A DNA stretch of 64,000 bases, from contig JBDGRE010000010.1 in the NCBI GenBank assembly GCA_042218325.1, positions 10,524-74,523 on the forward strand, read 5' to 3'. Source of the stretch: Candidatus Nanohaloarchaea archaeon (GTDB lineage Archaea; Nanohalarchaeota; Nanosalinia; Nanosalinales; Nanosalinaceae). The notes under the pieces were generated by a model, which searched no databases, was not told the DNA's origin, and saw only the letters and a program-made list of their open reading frames with translations. The translations under genes and the position numbers were made by a program. This document shows, one piece after another, positions 39,553-49,437 of the stretch (position 1 is its first letter; the number at the start of each line of letters is the position of its first letter).

Positions 39553-40086
39553 TTAGCAGACAAGCGCCCCGCTCGTGCTTGGTGAGCACGAGTAGCTCCA
39601 GGACTTGTCCGCCGTCTTGAACGACACCTCTATCCCGACGGTGTCGGTCGGGCCAGGCCAAGAGACGCCTGTCTTGCACGTGTAGCTTTCACCTGGTTCG
39701 AGGAGTTCGTCACCGTTCTGAGGCTTGAAGCACCAGCTCTCGTCCTGGGCCTTGTCAGGGTAGTTGGTGAATCCAAGGCTGCCGTCTGCTCCGTCAGGTG
39801 AGAAAGCGATGTCGAACTGCTCTGTAACGTTGACAGTGACGTCGTCACCCGTGTTCCGCAGTGTTATGTTGATAGCATCGTTGTTAGAGTTCGAGTCAGT
39901 ATCGTTGTTGTACACTGAGCTGAACGTAAGCTCCGTGTTCTGCACCTTCTGCTGCTGGCTTAGCTGCTTGCTCGGGTTGCCCACGATGTTCTGGAACTGT
40001 GTGTAGACTACACCTACTGCACCGATAGTTATCAGCAGCAGGAGTACGATGGCGATCACCGGTGTGATACCTTTCTTGACTTTCAT
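39553..40086 (-). CDS. Archaeal type IV pilin (candidate major pilin)
   Basis: KKG|ITPVIAIVLLLLITIGAVG; LRNTG; four Cys; AT-rich upstream region. Confidence 0.9.
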   Translation of the reverse strand: MKVKKGITPVIAIVLLLLITIGAVGVVYTQFQNIVGNPSKQLSQQQKVQNTELTFSSVYNNDTDSNSNNDAINITLRNTGDDVTVNVTEQFDIAFSPDGADGSLGFTNYPDKAQDESWCFKPQNGDELLEPGESYTCKTGVSWPGPTDTVGIEVSFKTADKSWSYSCSPSTSGALVC

Positions 40087-40131
40087 TTCCTGCGGACCTA
40101 TCCCTTGGTTTTCCTCGGCGGTTTAAATAAC

Positions 40132-40653
40132 TTAACAGGATGCTGTTCCCGAGTTGAAGCAGACGTGCGAGTCGGACGTGCGGTATGGCCCGACCAGCTT
40201 GAAAGATTTCCTGCTGTCCGGGGCCGGGAACCTGACCGTGGTGTTTATGCTCAGTACCTCAGACTGGTCCAGTAAGACCTGCGAGGCCGGGGCCTGCGCC
40301 ATGTCGGTGTACTTCCAGCCCTTGCCGTTAGACCCTGCGTCTGAACTTACTGGCCTGCCGTCAGCGTACAGGCTGAAAAGCTTCCTTCCGCTCCTGTTCA
40401 CGGGTATGGTTATGCTGCCGGTGTTCCTGACGTTCATGAACACGAAGCCGCCGGTCGACTCGTAGACGTATTCTATGTTTATGTTCGATTTCTGCCTCCT
40501 CTCCTGCTGCCGCAGGTTGTCCTCGATGTTGTTCGCGACATCTTTCTGGGCACTGGTAACGAACGTGTACGCAGAGGCCGTGGCTGCTATGCTGATAGTT
40601 ATCAGTAGAACCGTGGCGACTACGGGCGTGATGCCCTTCTTACTCCCGTTCAC
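40132..40653 (-). CDS. Archaeal type IV pilin
   Basis: KKG|ITPVVATVLLITISIA; VRNTG. Confidence 0.88.
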   Translation of the reverse strand: MNGSKKGITPVVATVLLITISIAATASAYTFVTSAQKDVANNIEDNLRQQERRQKSNINIEYVYESTGGFVFMNVRNTGSITIPVNRSGRKLFSLYADGRPVSSDAGSNGKGWKYTDMAQAPASQVLLDQSEVLSINTTVRFPAPDSRKSFKLVGPYRTSDSHVCFNSGTASC

Positions 40654-41335
40654 TATCCTGGTCCATCTTGTCGAAACGGTTGCGGAGTTTTCTCATCCTG
40701 TCATCGCGGCCGCCTCCACTCCCGGAGCCGTTATCATCTCCCTGGGCCTGGTTCTGCCCCTGCTGTTGCCTTTCCCTGCTCCTGTCCGTGAGCCCTCTTC
40801 GGCCCCCGGAACGACCCTGGCGCCTGCCGCCGCTGTCAGAATCGTTCAGGATCTCGTCCTTGTTCTGGGCCGCGTAGGACCTCTTGAGGCTCTGGTTTAT
40901 CTCCTCAAGCGACTCCACGACCTGCTGGTTGGTCTGCTGCATATCCCCTACGACCTGCTCCATCCGGTCGCCCACTGCATCCGCGATACGGGACCGCATA
41001 TCGTTCACCATCTCGCCCTCCATATCCATCTCGGAGGCCTCCTTGAGAAGGTCCATGAACTCGTTCATGTTGTCCACGACCTCGTCCATCTTGTACGTCA
41101 GGTCCTCTACCTCGTTCTTAAGCTCGTGGGTGGACTCGGTCATGTCGTTGACTATCTTCTGGTTCGACTTCATGATGTCCAGGACATCACGGACGACCTC
41201 GTCACTCGGGCCTGCGCCGCCCTGGGCGTTGGTCTCTATATTATCGATCCTTTTCTCCAGCCGCCTGATAGGGCCGACCGGCACGACCTCGTAATCCTCC
41301 GTTTCCTCACCTAAATCGACTTCTTCCTCGGGCAT
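40640..41335 (-). CDS. Cytoplasmic coiled-coil protein heading the pilus locus
   Basis: YEVVPVGPIRRLEKRI; Met/Glu-rich heptads; low-complexity R/G/Q tail; overlaps the pilin start. Confidence 0.75.
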   Translation of the reverse strand: MPEEEVDLGEETEDYEVVPVGPIRRLEKRIDNIETNAQGGAGPSDEVVRDVLDIMKSNQKIVNDMTESTHELKNEVEDLTYKMDEVVDNMNEFMDLLKEASEMDMEGEMVNDMRSRIADAVGDRMEQVVGDMQQTNQQVVESLEEINQSLKRSYAAQNKDEILNDSDSGGRRQGRSGGRRGLTDRSRERQQQGQNQAQGDDNGSGSGGGRDDRMRKLRNRFDKMDQDSERE

Positions 41336-41395
41336 AGTTAATACACCTTATACAACTCAAAATTTGCTTGGCCCGTATTTATAAGGCGTGGTCGC

Positions 41396-42080
41396 CTACC
41401 ACTCTGTCTGTTGTTCTGGAGATTCTTCCCGGGCGGAGAGCAGTTCCCTGACGAGTTGCAAGGGGTTCGATACCGCTTTCTCCCAGGTGTCAGGGTTGAC
41501 GGCTTTCAGTCTCCCTTTCTCGTAATCGAGACCTGTTTCCTCCAGAGTGCTTTCAAGCCTGCTGGCCGTTTCTCTACGGTTCCTGCTGGAATACGGATGG
41601 CCTGAGAAACGGAACGTTTCATCGCTGTAGTTTACCTGTACAGCATCTGCCGCAACGGGTAAGGAGTCGTCGCGTGAGACGTGGAATATCAATACAGGTT
41701 TGTTTCTCTCAAGCTCTTCGATGGCTTCATGAGCGCTCTGCGGGAATTCTGTTTCACTGGTGAACGGAAGACTATTGCTTTCGCTTTCTGCTACAAGTCT
41801 ATACCCGTAGACATCCATCTCACCTTCCCAGTTCTCCATAAGAGAGGAGAGATTTTCCCTGTCCCCCGCAGTATTTTCGAACTCTACATCCTCCTGATTT
41901 ATGTTGTAAGCAAGACCTCTCTGGCGCGTTTTTACATCTGCTGAGAACCTATCCGGGTTTTCGAACAGGTCGAAGGGGGTCCTGTAATTTGCTTCCAGCC
42001 GTACGAAGATATCAGTTTTGTCTCCGTACAGCTCCTCGTTCAGTTCGCGGATCGCGTCCCGGTCAGTTTTTAACGTCCAT
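41396..42080 (-). pseudogene. Hypothetical gene, probably frameshifted in an A5 run after codon 3
   Basis: The frame of ORF 41396-41839 stays open to about 42080. The ATG at 42080 reads ATG GAC GTT AAA AAC TGA; removing one A gives about 227 aa. Confidence 0.55.
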
Positions 42081-42200
42081 ACAGAGAATAATCCGACGGA
42101 ATAAAGTAAAGAAGATAATGGGAGGATTAGTAGAGCTTAAGACTCTACATCATTCCTCCCATGCCGCCCGCTCCAAAATCGGAGATTTTATGCGTGCGCA

Positions 42201-42219
42201 GAAACCGCGGAGCGGTTTC
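42201..42219 (-). terminator. Hairpin just downstream of the thermosome gene
   Basis: GAAACCGC-GGA-GCGGTTTC, 8-bp stem about 12 nt past the stop. Confidence 0.35.
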
Positions 42220-42230
42220 GAGTGGCGGGA

Positions 42231-43883
42231 TTACATCATCCCGCCTGGCATTCCGCCGCCGGGCATACCTCCGCCGCCGGCAGGTGGGCCTCCAGCGCCT
42301 TCGTCGTCGCTGTCGAAGCCGGACGCGGAGATGACGTCGTCGATGCGGAGGATCATCTCCGCGGCTTCAGACGCTGACTGTACGGCCTGTGTCTTGGTCT
42401 GCTTCGGCTCGACGACCCCCTGTTCGTACAGGGTCTCGCTCTTCCCGGAGGTTACATCGATACCGGCCCACTTGTCGCCTTCCTCGTGCCTGTTCCTCAG
42501 GCCGACGAGGGTGTCGATGGGGTCGAAGCCAGCGTTCTCGGCGAGTGTCCGCGGGATGACTTCCAGAGCGTCCGCGAAGGAGTTGATGGCGAGCTGTTCG
42601 CGCCCGCCTACGGAGTCAGCGTAGTCACGGAGGTTCTGGGCCAGCTCGACTTCCGTGGCACCTCCGCCTCCTACTACGCGGCCGCTTCTCAGCGCCGAGG
42701 AAACGGAGCCGAGCGCGTCTTCCATCGCTCTTTCGATTTCATCTACTACGTGCTCCGTTCCGCCGCGGATGAGGATGCTTACGGACTTGGCCTCGGGGCA
42801 GTCCTGGACGAAGGTCATGGCGTCTCCGCCTACGTGTCTCTGTTCTACGCTGCCTGCGCTTCCAAGGTTGCTGCTGGAGATGTCGTCGATGCTCGTGACG
42901 ATGTTCGCTCCCGTGGCCTTCGCCAGCTTCTCGATGTCGCTGCTGGAAACTCTTCTTGCGGCGAAGATGCCTTCCTTGGCGAGGTAGTGCTGTGCGATGT
43001 CGTCCATGCCTTTCTGGCAGAATACGACGTTCGCGCCGCTCTGCTTGATGGATTCTACCATCTCCTTCAGCTGCTCTTCCTCCTGCTCGACGAAGTTCTT
43101 CATCTGGGAGGGGTCGGAGATGTTGATCTCCGCGTCTGTTTCTGTCTCCCTGACCTCGATAGGTGAGTCGATGACCGCGACCTTGGCATCATCGATGCTG
43201 CCGGGCATGCCGGAGTGGACCTTCTCCTTGTCGAGGATCACTCCCTTCACGAGCTCTGTATCCTCGGCGCTTGCGCCCTGCTTCTTCTCGACCTTGATGA
43301 GGTCCCTGTTGACGTGGCCGTCTTCCGCGACAGAACTTACGGCCTCGACCGCTATCTCCGCGAGGTTGTCCCGCGCAGCTTCCGCGCTTTTACCAGTCAT
43401 CGCGGTCATCGCGACCTTCTGGAGCGCCTCCTCGTCATCGAGGGCGACCTCCTCGGAGAGGTCGTCGAGAACTTCGGTGGCCCGCTCCTTCGCGAGCCGG
43501 AATCCCTTCGTTATTATAGTAGGGTGGATCTCCTGGTCGAGCAGGTCCTCCGCTTGCTTGAGCAGTTCGCCCGCCAGGACTACCGCCGTGGTAGTCCCGT
43601 CGCCGACCTCTTCTTCCTGGGTCTGTGCGACCTCGACCATCATCTTGGCCGCGGGGTGCTCGAGGTCCATCTCTTCGAGTATGGTTACGCCGTCGTTCGT
43701 GACGACGATATCGCCGACTGAGTCGACCATCATCTTGTCCATCCCCTTCGGACCGAGCGTCGTCCTCACGGCCTTGGAGACAGTCTTGCACGCGTCGATA
43801 TTGTTCTCCTGTGCGTCTTCTCCGGTTTGCCGCTGTGCGTCCTCCGACATGATAAATACTGGTTGTCCTCCTAGTCCTGGCAT
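42231..43883 (-). CDS. ths: Thermosome (group II chaperonin) subunit
   Basis: [40 protein letters not shown]-repeat tail. Confidence 0.98.
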   Translation of the reverse strand: MPGLGGQPVFIMSEDAQRQTGEDAQENNIDACKTVSKAVRTTLGPKGMDKMMVDSVGDIVVTNDGVTILEEMDLEHPAAKMMVEVAQTQEEEVGDGTTTAVVLAGELLKQAEDLLDQEIHPTIITKGFRLAKERATEVLDDLSEEVALDDEEALQKVAMTAMTGKSAEAARDNLAEIAVEAVSSVAEDGHVNRDLIKVEKKQGASAEDTELVKGVILDKEKVHSGMPGSIDDAKVAVIDSPIEVRETETDAEINISDPSQMKNFVEQEEEQLKEMVESIKQSGANVVFCQKGMDDIAQHYLAKEGIFAARRVSSSDIEKLAKATGANIVTSIDDISSSNLGSAGSVEQRHVGGDAMTFVQDCPEAKSVSILIRGGTEHVVDEIERAMEDALGSVSSALRSGRVVGGGGATEVELAQNLRDYADSVGGREQLAINSFADALEVIPRTLAENAGFDPIDTLVGLRNRHEEGDKWAGIDVTSGKSETLYEQGVVEPKQTKTQAVQSASEAAEMILRIDDVISASGFDSDDEGAGGPPAGGGGMPGGGMPGGMM

Positions 43884-43952
43884 GATTGATTCACCTTAGA
43901 AACATGTACGGCATATAAGCCAAACTATAAAAACAGTTAGCACCTGTCTGGC

Positions 43953-45809
43953 CTATCCGGTCCTTTTCTCCAGCTCTTCCTGCAGTATCTTTGAGACCTT
44001 GTCGCCGGGCGCGTCGACTCGCTGCATTACCACGCCCATCAGGGCGCCCTGGGCCCGCATGCCTTCTTCCTCGACCATGTCTTGCTTCTCGTTGAGCACG
44101 TCCTTCACGGCTTCACGTATCTCCTCCTCGCCCGCCTTGCCTGCAAGGGCCTCTTCTACGGCCTCCTCTTTTTCACCGGGGTTCTCGGTCATGCGGGAGA
44201 GCACGTCTTCTATGTGGCCTTTCTCCAGTTCTCCTGATCTCAGCGCGTCGAACAGTGCCTCGAAGTGGCCTTTCGCGAGATTCTCGACCTTCCTGCCCTC
44301 AGATTCGAGCCGGGCGTAGATGTTGGTGAATACGTTGGCGGCCAGCCTCGCATCGACCCGGTCCTTGAACTCTTCGAACAGCGGGAGCATGGGGGAGCTG
44401 ACTATCTGCGACGCCAGTTCCTCGCCGATCTCTTCCGCGTATTTTTTCTCCCGCTGTTTCAGGGTCTCGGGCAGGTTGTCGTCTATCTCCTTGATTTTCT
44501 CTTCCGGTACCCTGATGGGTGGTATGTCGGTCTCCGGGTACATCCTCGCCGAGCCAGGTAGAGGGCGAGAGTAGCTGGTGGTGAAGTCCTGCTTGGCGTT
44601 CCGCGTCTCTTCAGGGACCTCGCCCGCGTAGATCTGCCTTGCGCGCTGCTTCACGGCTTTCGCGGCTTCTTCTGCCTTCCCGGAGGATCCTGCGAGTATC
44701 GCCAGCACGTCACCGGGTTCCGAGTCCATCTCCCCGGCCAGCTCGTCGAACTCGTCGTCCAGGTTGTAGTTCTTGAGGTCCTCGTCAGTATGTATCATGC
44801 CTCTCAGGCCGCGACTCCTGGCGTAGTCGACCAGCTCCAGCGCGAGGTACCTGTCTCCCGCGATCTCCTCTTTCATCTTTCCTGCCAGCCCGGGCAGTTT
44901 CAGTGCGTGTACGGAGCCGTCGTTCTCGACAACTGTCGAGACTATCTGGTTGTTCGAGCCCTCGAACAGGCCGGTCACATCCCGTGTCTCTACTTCAGGG
45001 TTGCCGAGTTCTTCTCCGAGCTCGACAAGGTTCTTCTGCCGTTCGACCTCCAGCTCGATAAGTTTATCGATGTTCTCCACGTCCTGGAAGCCCTTGATCT
45101 CTACTCTCGCGCCGTCCTCTATCGATACGTTGACGTCCTGTCTGATGGTTCCCAGGCCTCTCCGGGCTTTACCTGTTGACCGGAGCAGCATACCGATCTC
45201 CATCGCGACCTCCCGTGCGTGCTCCGGGTTCTGGATCGACGCGTCGGTCCCGACCTCTACGAGAGGGATGCCGAGCCGGTTCAGGTCGTATACCGCTTTA
45301 TCTTCCTCTCTACTATGTATGCCGGCTGACTCTTCCTCGAGCTCGATATCCTCTATGGCAACGGTTCCTGTATCTGTCTCCAGTTCTCCCGAGAGGCCTA
45401 CCATAGCGGTCCTCTGGAAGCCCGAAGTGTTCGACCCGTCGACTACCAGCTTCCGCATCACCTGTATCTCCTCCGGCACCTCGGCGTCGACCATCCTCGC
45501 GAACGTCAGCGCCGTCTCCAGTGCCTCGCTGTCGAGCTCGTGCGGCGGCTCCTCGTCCAGCTCGACCAGGCAGTTGCAGTCCTCGTAGTAATTGTATACG
45601 AACTTCCGGGACTTCATCTCCTCGACCCTCGCCGCGACATCTTTTTCACCTGTCTCGCCGGCGACAGCCTTCAGGAACCGCTCGACTTGCGCATCGGGCG
45701 CTGTATCCTCCAGCTCTACCGGGCAGCTGCAGAAAAGTTTTTGCGAGGTCGCGAGCTGCTGGTGTATCTCTATCCCGCACCTGAATCCGAGCTCGTCGTA
45801 GTCAGTCAT
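43953..45809 (-). CDS. gatE: Glu-tRNA(Gln) amidotransferase subunit E
   Basis: GIEIHQQL, KLFCSCP, DEEPPH, DGSNTSGFQRT, GLGTIRQDVN, RPLPGSARMYPETD. Confidence 0.97.
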   Translation of the reverse strand: MTDYDELGFRCGIEIHQQLATSQKLFCSCPVELEDTAPDAQVERFLKAVAGETGEKDVAARVEEMKSRKFVYNYYEDCNCLVELDEEPPHELDSEALETALTFARMVDAEVPEEIQVMRKLVVDGSNTSGFQRTAMVGLSGELETDTGTVAIEDIELEEESAGIHSREEDKAVYDLNRLGIPLVEVGTDASIQNPEHAREVAMEIGMLLRSTGKARRGLGTIRQDVNVSIEDGARVEIKGFQDVENIDKLIELEVERQKNLVELGEELGNPEVETRDVTGLFEGSNNQIVSTVVENDGSVHALKLPGLAGKMKEEIAGDRYLALELVDYARSRGLRGMIHTDEDLKNYNLDDEFDELAGEMDSEPGDVLAILAGSSGKAEEAAKAVKQRARQIYAGEVPEETRNAKQDFTTSYSRPLPGSARMYPETDIPPIRVPEEKIKEIDDNLPETLKQREKKYAEEIGEELASQIVSSPMLPLFEEFKDRVDARLAANVFTNIYARLESEGRKVENLAKGHFEALFDALRSGELEKGHIEDVLSRMTENPGEKEEAVEEALAGKAGEEEIREAVKDVLNEKQDMVEEEGMRAQGALMGVVMQRVDAPGDKVSKILQEELEKRTG

Positions 45810-46084
45810 GTTAGCTCCTCCTCTATGACTTCGGCAGGCTCCCCGGCTGTGAGCATATCTGCCATCTCCTCAGCGGTATCGGCGTAGCCGGGCTCCACGT
45901 AAAGCTTTCTGAGCCCGTCTATGTCCGCGACCTCCCGGCCCGCGATGCTGTTGATGCCCTCGTAGATGTCTTCGGCCGCAAGCGCGTTTTCGAAGGTAAA
46001 CGTGATCCTCTGGGCCAGTACACTCATACCCCGGCTGTATTCATAGCTTTCTGCTTCACCGGTTATCCTGTGTTCAAGAGACAA
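45806..46084 (-). CDS. Hypothetical protein
   Basis: Overlaps both neighbours; acidic. Confidence 0.6.
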   Translation of the reverse strand: MSLEHRITGEAESYEYSRGMSVLAQRITFTFENALAAEDIYEGINSIAGREVADIDGLRKLYVEPGYADTAEEMADMLTAGEPAEVIEEELT

Positions 46085-46610
46085 CTTGCTTCACCTCTTC
46101 CCGCAGTTCTTCTTTCGAGATACCATCGTTTTTAATCATGTGGTCAGAAAGCGCGAGCAGCTTTCCGACACCGTTGTCGATCTCGCGGAGGTCCCGCTCG
46201 TGGAAATCCTGGCCTTTGACGTCCTCCTCCCGGTTCCTGTCCTCCCTGCGCTGCTTCCGGGTTTCACGGGAGGCCCAGACGGCGACGACTTCTATCTCCT
46301 CGTCCAGCTCTTTCTCGAACCGCTCTTTCTCGCTCCAGCCGCGCATACCGGTGATAACTATCTTTTCCTTTTCGTCCGCCACCTCCTGCAGGTAAGGCGT
46401 GGAAAGCTGCGCGATGGCGTCCATCCCGTGCTCGTCACGAAGCGAGTTCACGAAATCGCCCTCGTTTCCCGGTTCGATACCCCTTCTTTCCATCTCTATC
46501 CTGACCACGTCCCCCATATCGAGCAAGGTGTAGCCCTGGTTCTCCATGAACTCTGCGACTAATGTCTTGCCGGAGAGCGGCATCCCTGTGACCCCGTATA
46601 TCTCAGTCAT
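46074..46610 (-). CDS. Archaeal dephospho-CoA kinase-like P-loop kinase (COG0237-like)
   Basis: GVTGMPLSGKT, MGDVVR, GMRG, RDLRE. Confidence 0.85.
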   Translation of the reverse strand: MTEIYGVTGMPLSGKTLVAEFMENQGYTLLDMGDVVRIEMERRGIEPGNEGDFVNSLRDEHGMDAIAQLSTPYLQEVADEKEKIVITGMRGWSEKERFEKELDEEIEVVAVWASRETRKQRREDRNREEDVKGQDFHERDLREIDNGVGKLLALSDHMIKNDGISKEELREEVKQVVS

Positions 46611-46863
46611 CCATCAACGCCCCCATCGCTATGTAGTCGAGAGCTTCCCTGAAACGCTGTAATCCTTTCTCGCCCTGCAGATAGAATCTTTCCTCCTGTT
46701 CCTCCAGATTCTCCGGGAAGTCGGTACCTATATCTTCCGAGTACCTGTGAAGGAGCTCTACCGGGTCCTTGGTATCTTCTGTCGGGTCGAGATAGTAGGA
46801 CCTGGCCTCATCCATCAACTCCTCCTTCTTCAGGACCGCTTCCACGTATTCAAGGGAGCCCAT
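46603..46863 (-). CDS. Hypothetical protein
   Basis: Tightly packed between gatD and the kinase; acidic. Confidence 0.6.
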   Translation of the reverse strand: MGSLEYVEAVLKKEELMDEARSYYLDPTEDTKDPVELLHRYSEDIGTDFPENLEEQEERFYLQGEKGLQRFREALDYIAMGALMDD

Positions 46864-46868
46864 GACAC

Positions 46869-48161
46869 TCAGTTCCCGTAGAGAGACCTCTCGCTGATCT
46901 CCACGTTCACGTTTTTCCGGAACAGTTCCTCCGCATCCTCACCCGAGGCCTGGCCGAGCGCCCACATCATCTTGACGTACGCCAGCTCCGGGTGCATATC
47001 CCGGGCGCCGATTACTCCCTCGTTTTTTACCCGGAGCTGGTTGGCGTATACGTTCATGTCCACGCGGCCGTTGACACACTGGGAGGTCATGACTGTCAGA
47101 GCGTCGTCGGCTATCTCTGATACTCTTTCCAGCATATCCTGGTGGTGTTCTGTATGCTCGTCCTGCGGTCGCGATGGCATGTGGCCGAGCCCTGTCCCCT
47201 CTATAATCAGGCCGCTGGGTTCGTGGTCGAGCACGGTTTCGAACTCCTCGACCTTCATCCCTGGCCGAGTCTTCAAGTAGGCGACATCGGTATCCAGCTC
47301 CGGCCTGAACTCGTACTCGTCGTTTCTTTCCTCGAAGTCCGTTTCGATTTCACCAGTCTGGTAGTTGACCTTTCCCAGAGGTTTCGAGTTAATCGGCTGG
47401 AACGCGTCTCTCCGCGAAGTGTGCATCTTCCGTGCCTTTGCCGAATTCAGTATGTGGCATTCGTCGTCGCTGGAGGACCCGTGCATGCAGATGCCGACTC
47501 CCTTAAAATCGGTCTCTGCCAGGAACTTGCCAGCGCAGTACAGGTTCATGGTCGCATCCGTTGAAGGCCTATCGCTCGACCGCTGTGCCCCTACCAGCAG
47601 CACACCTGTATCGATTCCTTTCAGCATGAGCCTCAACGCAGCCCCTGTATACGCCATCGTGTCGGTTCCATGGCCGATGATGATGCCATCGTAATCATCT
47701 TTTACCTCGTCTATCTTCCTGGCGATATCCTGCCAGTGTCCTGGCTCCATGTCCTCAGACATTATCTGGGCTGCGACCTCTGAATGCAGGTTGACTTCCT
47801 CGTCGAGTTCAGGATACATCTGGACAAGGTCTTCCGGCTCGTAGGACGCTTTCACACCGCCTTCCTCGTAGGATACCCGGGAGGCGATCGTTCCGCCGGT
47901 GTGCAGCACCAGGATATCCGGCCTGTCTTCTTCATGCTCTATATCCGGCTTCTCCCTCTCGCTGCTTTCCTGTTTCTCCACCAGCTCAGGCTCGCCCCTG
48001 ACGCCGATGTTGTAGCCGCTTTCAAGCTTTATCACGAAGGTCTCCGGGTCGCCGCTCTCGGGCTTCGGCATCAGCCTTCCCTCGTGGCCGTCGACACTGA
48101 CACGGTCGCCGACCTCTATACCTTCCTCCTCGAGCTGCTGCTGTATTTCTCCAGAATACAT
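46869..48161 (-). CDS. gatD: Glu-tRNA(Gln) amidotransferase subunit D
   Basis: KLESGYNIG, TGGTIASR, HGTDT, GAQRSSDRPS, KMHTSRRDAF, GTGLGH. Confidence 0.97.
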   Translation of the reverse strand: MYSGEIQQQLEEEGIEVGDRVSVDGHEGRLMPKPESGDPETFVIKLESGYNIGVRGEPELVEKQESSEREKPDIEHEEDRPDILVLHTGGTIASRVSYEEGGVKASYEPEDLVQMYPELDEEVNLHSEVAAQIMSEDMEPGHWQDIARKIDEVKDDYDGIIIGHGTDTMAYTGAALRLMLKGIDTGVLLVGAQRSSDRPSTDATMNLYCAGKFLAETDFKGVGICMHGSSSDDECHILNSAKARKMHTSRRDAFQPINSKPLGKVNYQTGEIETDFEERNDEYEFRPELDTDVAYLKTRPGMKVEEFETVLDHEPSGLIIEGTGLGHMPSRPQDEHTEHHQDMLERVSEIADDALTVMTSQCVNGRVDMNVYANQLRVKNEGVIGARDMHPELAYVKMMWALGQASGEDAEELFRKNVNVEISERSLYGN

Positions 48162-48327
48162 ACAGTTTCCCGCGGTTTCAAACCTTAATAAACTATAGAG
48201 AACCGGTAGTATGTAATACATGAAAGGTCTGAAAGGTGTTATAGCGCACTCTTGTATTACATTGCTGGGACTGTCCCGGGAGCCGAGTTTAAAAGAATGA
48301 CAGGGAATCTTGGATTTATCACTTAAC

Positions 48328-48402
48328 GGCGGGGTGGTGTAGCTCGGACTATCATCGTGCCTTTGGGAGGCATGGACCCCGGTTCAAATCCGGGCCCTGC
48401 CA
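48328..48402 (+). tRNA. tRNA-Pro: tRNA-Pro (TGG), no encoded CCA, no intron
   Basis: Acceptor GGCGGGG/CCCTGCC+A; anticodon arm GTGCC-TTTGGGA-GGCAT; T arm CCCGG-TTCAAAT-CCGGG. Confidence 0.93.
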
Positions 48403-49264
48403 ATTGCAAATCTCCACAATTCTAAGGGATGACGAAACTGCCAGAAACTTTTGAAGTGGTTGAAAAGTTTCCAGTCAAAATTCGAATTGATTGTCTCTTT
48501 TTGCTCTCCAGTACTCCATCCTTGCATCTAAATTTGAATAATTTTCATCAGTTATCTCAGCTTCCTCAAAACTATCCAAAGCGTGAGCACTTATTCCGCC
48601 CTCAGTATTTGAATCTTCAACAAAAATTAGCTTGCCTCTGTATCCTGGTAATCTCCGTAGATATTTCTGATTAGAGTTCCTATCTGCTTCTGATGGATTG
48701 GGATTGCCAGCCGGATGGTTATGACCGAGATACCAGTCCCCCTCAATTTCGGTGGCCATGTCAGCTAAAGCATCTATTTTATGCCCAGGATGGTCTACAG
48801 ACATTGAATCTCCAACATTTATTCTAAATATATCGGAGATACAGACCTCTCTTTCTTCCTGCCCCTCTAATCCATGACTCATATCTGAAAATCTATAATC
48901 TGAGAACTGATACTCTGAATCCGCCTTGACGAGAGCAAATAGATGCTCCACGCCCTCTTCAATAGCTTCATAAACCGGGCCAAGTTCTTCTTCAGGTAAT
49001 TTGATTACCGTATGTGTCTCTTCGGCTCTATGGTCTGCCTTCTTAGGAGAATTTTTACTACTAGAACCCTCATCAGTATCTGATAAAATGTCCTCTCTCT
49101 TAAATCGGCCTAAGTTATCGGAATTGATTTCAAGAAGTTTCTGGACTTCCTTTCTCATATGTTGTTATTGTTTAGTGGTATTTTAATGGCTTTTGGCCGA
49201 GTTTGGGTTCCGGAAACTTCCAATTGCATATGCCCGAATATCGGTTCAAATCCGGGCCCTGCCA
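48380..49264. mobile_element. Small integrase-free element in the tRNA-Pro 3' end, flanked by 23-bp direct repeats
   Basis: CGGTTCAAATCCGGGCCCTGCCA is identical at 48380-48402 and 49242-49264; the interior is visibly AT-rich and holds one gene. Confidence 0.75.
48475..49158 (-). CDS. JAB/MPN+ (RadC-like) domain protein
   Basis: EHLFAL...GHNHPAGNPNPSEAD is a complete JAMM motif (HxH-x7-S-x2-D). Confidence 0.8.
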   Translation of the reverse strand: MRKEVQKLLEINSDNLGRFKREDILSDTDEGSSSKNSPKKADHRAEETHTVIKLPEEELGPVYEAIEEGVEHLFALVKADSEYQFSDYRFSDMSHGLEGQEEREVCISDIFRINVGDSMSVDHPGHKIDALADMATEIEGDWYLGHNHPAGNPNPSEADRNSNQKYLRRLPGYRGKLIFVEDSNTEGGISAHALDSFEEAEITDENYSNLDARMEYWRAKRDNQFEF

Positions 49265-49437
49265 TCACTTCGTGATGCCGAAGCCCGAGAAAACTTGTTT
49301 TCGATGTTCAGATCCGGGCCTGCCAATCGCCTGATATGGCGCAGTGCGGCGCGCCTGACCAGCTCCGCTGGTCGACGGGTGGAACCGGTCATAGTGATGA
49401 AACTTCTAGAAGTTTCGTTCAAATTCGGGCCCTGCCA
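49242..49437 (+). repeat. Three copies of the tRNA-Pro 3' end (att-like repeats)
   Basis: 49242-49264 exact; 49306-49325 with 1 substitution and 1 deletion; 49417-49437 with 1 substitution. Confidence 0.88.

Noticed and set aside
31904-41335. Archaellum operon
   Set aside because: No archaellins or ArlF/G/H are recognisable; two TadC-like genes plus pilins indicate a type IV pilus.
48220-48300. 26-codon ORF between gatD and the tRNA
   Set aside because: Too short, has no motif, and overlaps the probable divergent promoters.
48328-48402. tRNA-Gln(TTG), suggested by adjacency to gatD/gatE
   Set aside because: Only the GTGCC/GGCAT stem pairs, which centres TGG in the 7-nt loop; the overall sequence fits archaeal tRNA-Pro.
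49242-49437. CRISPR array
   Set aside because: The repeats are tRNA-derived, spacer lengths are irregular (41 and 91 bp), and there are no cas genes in the window.
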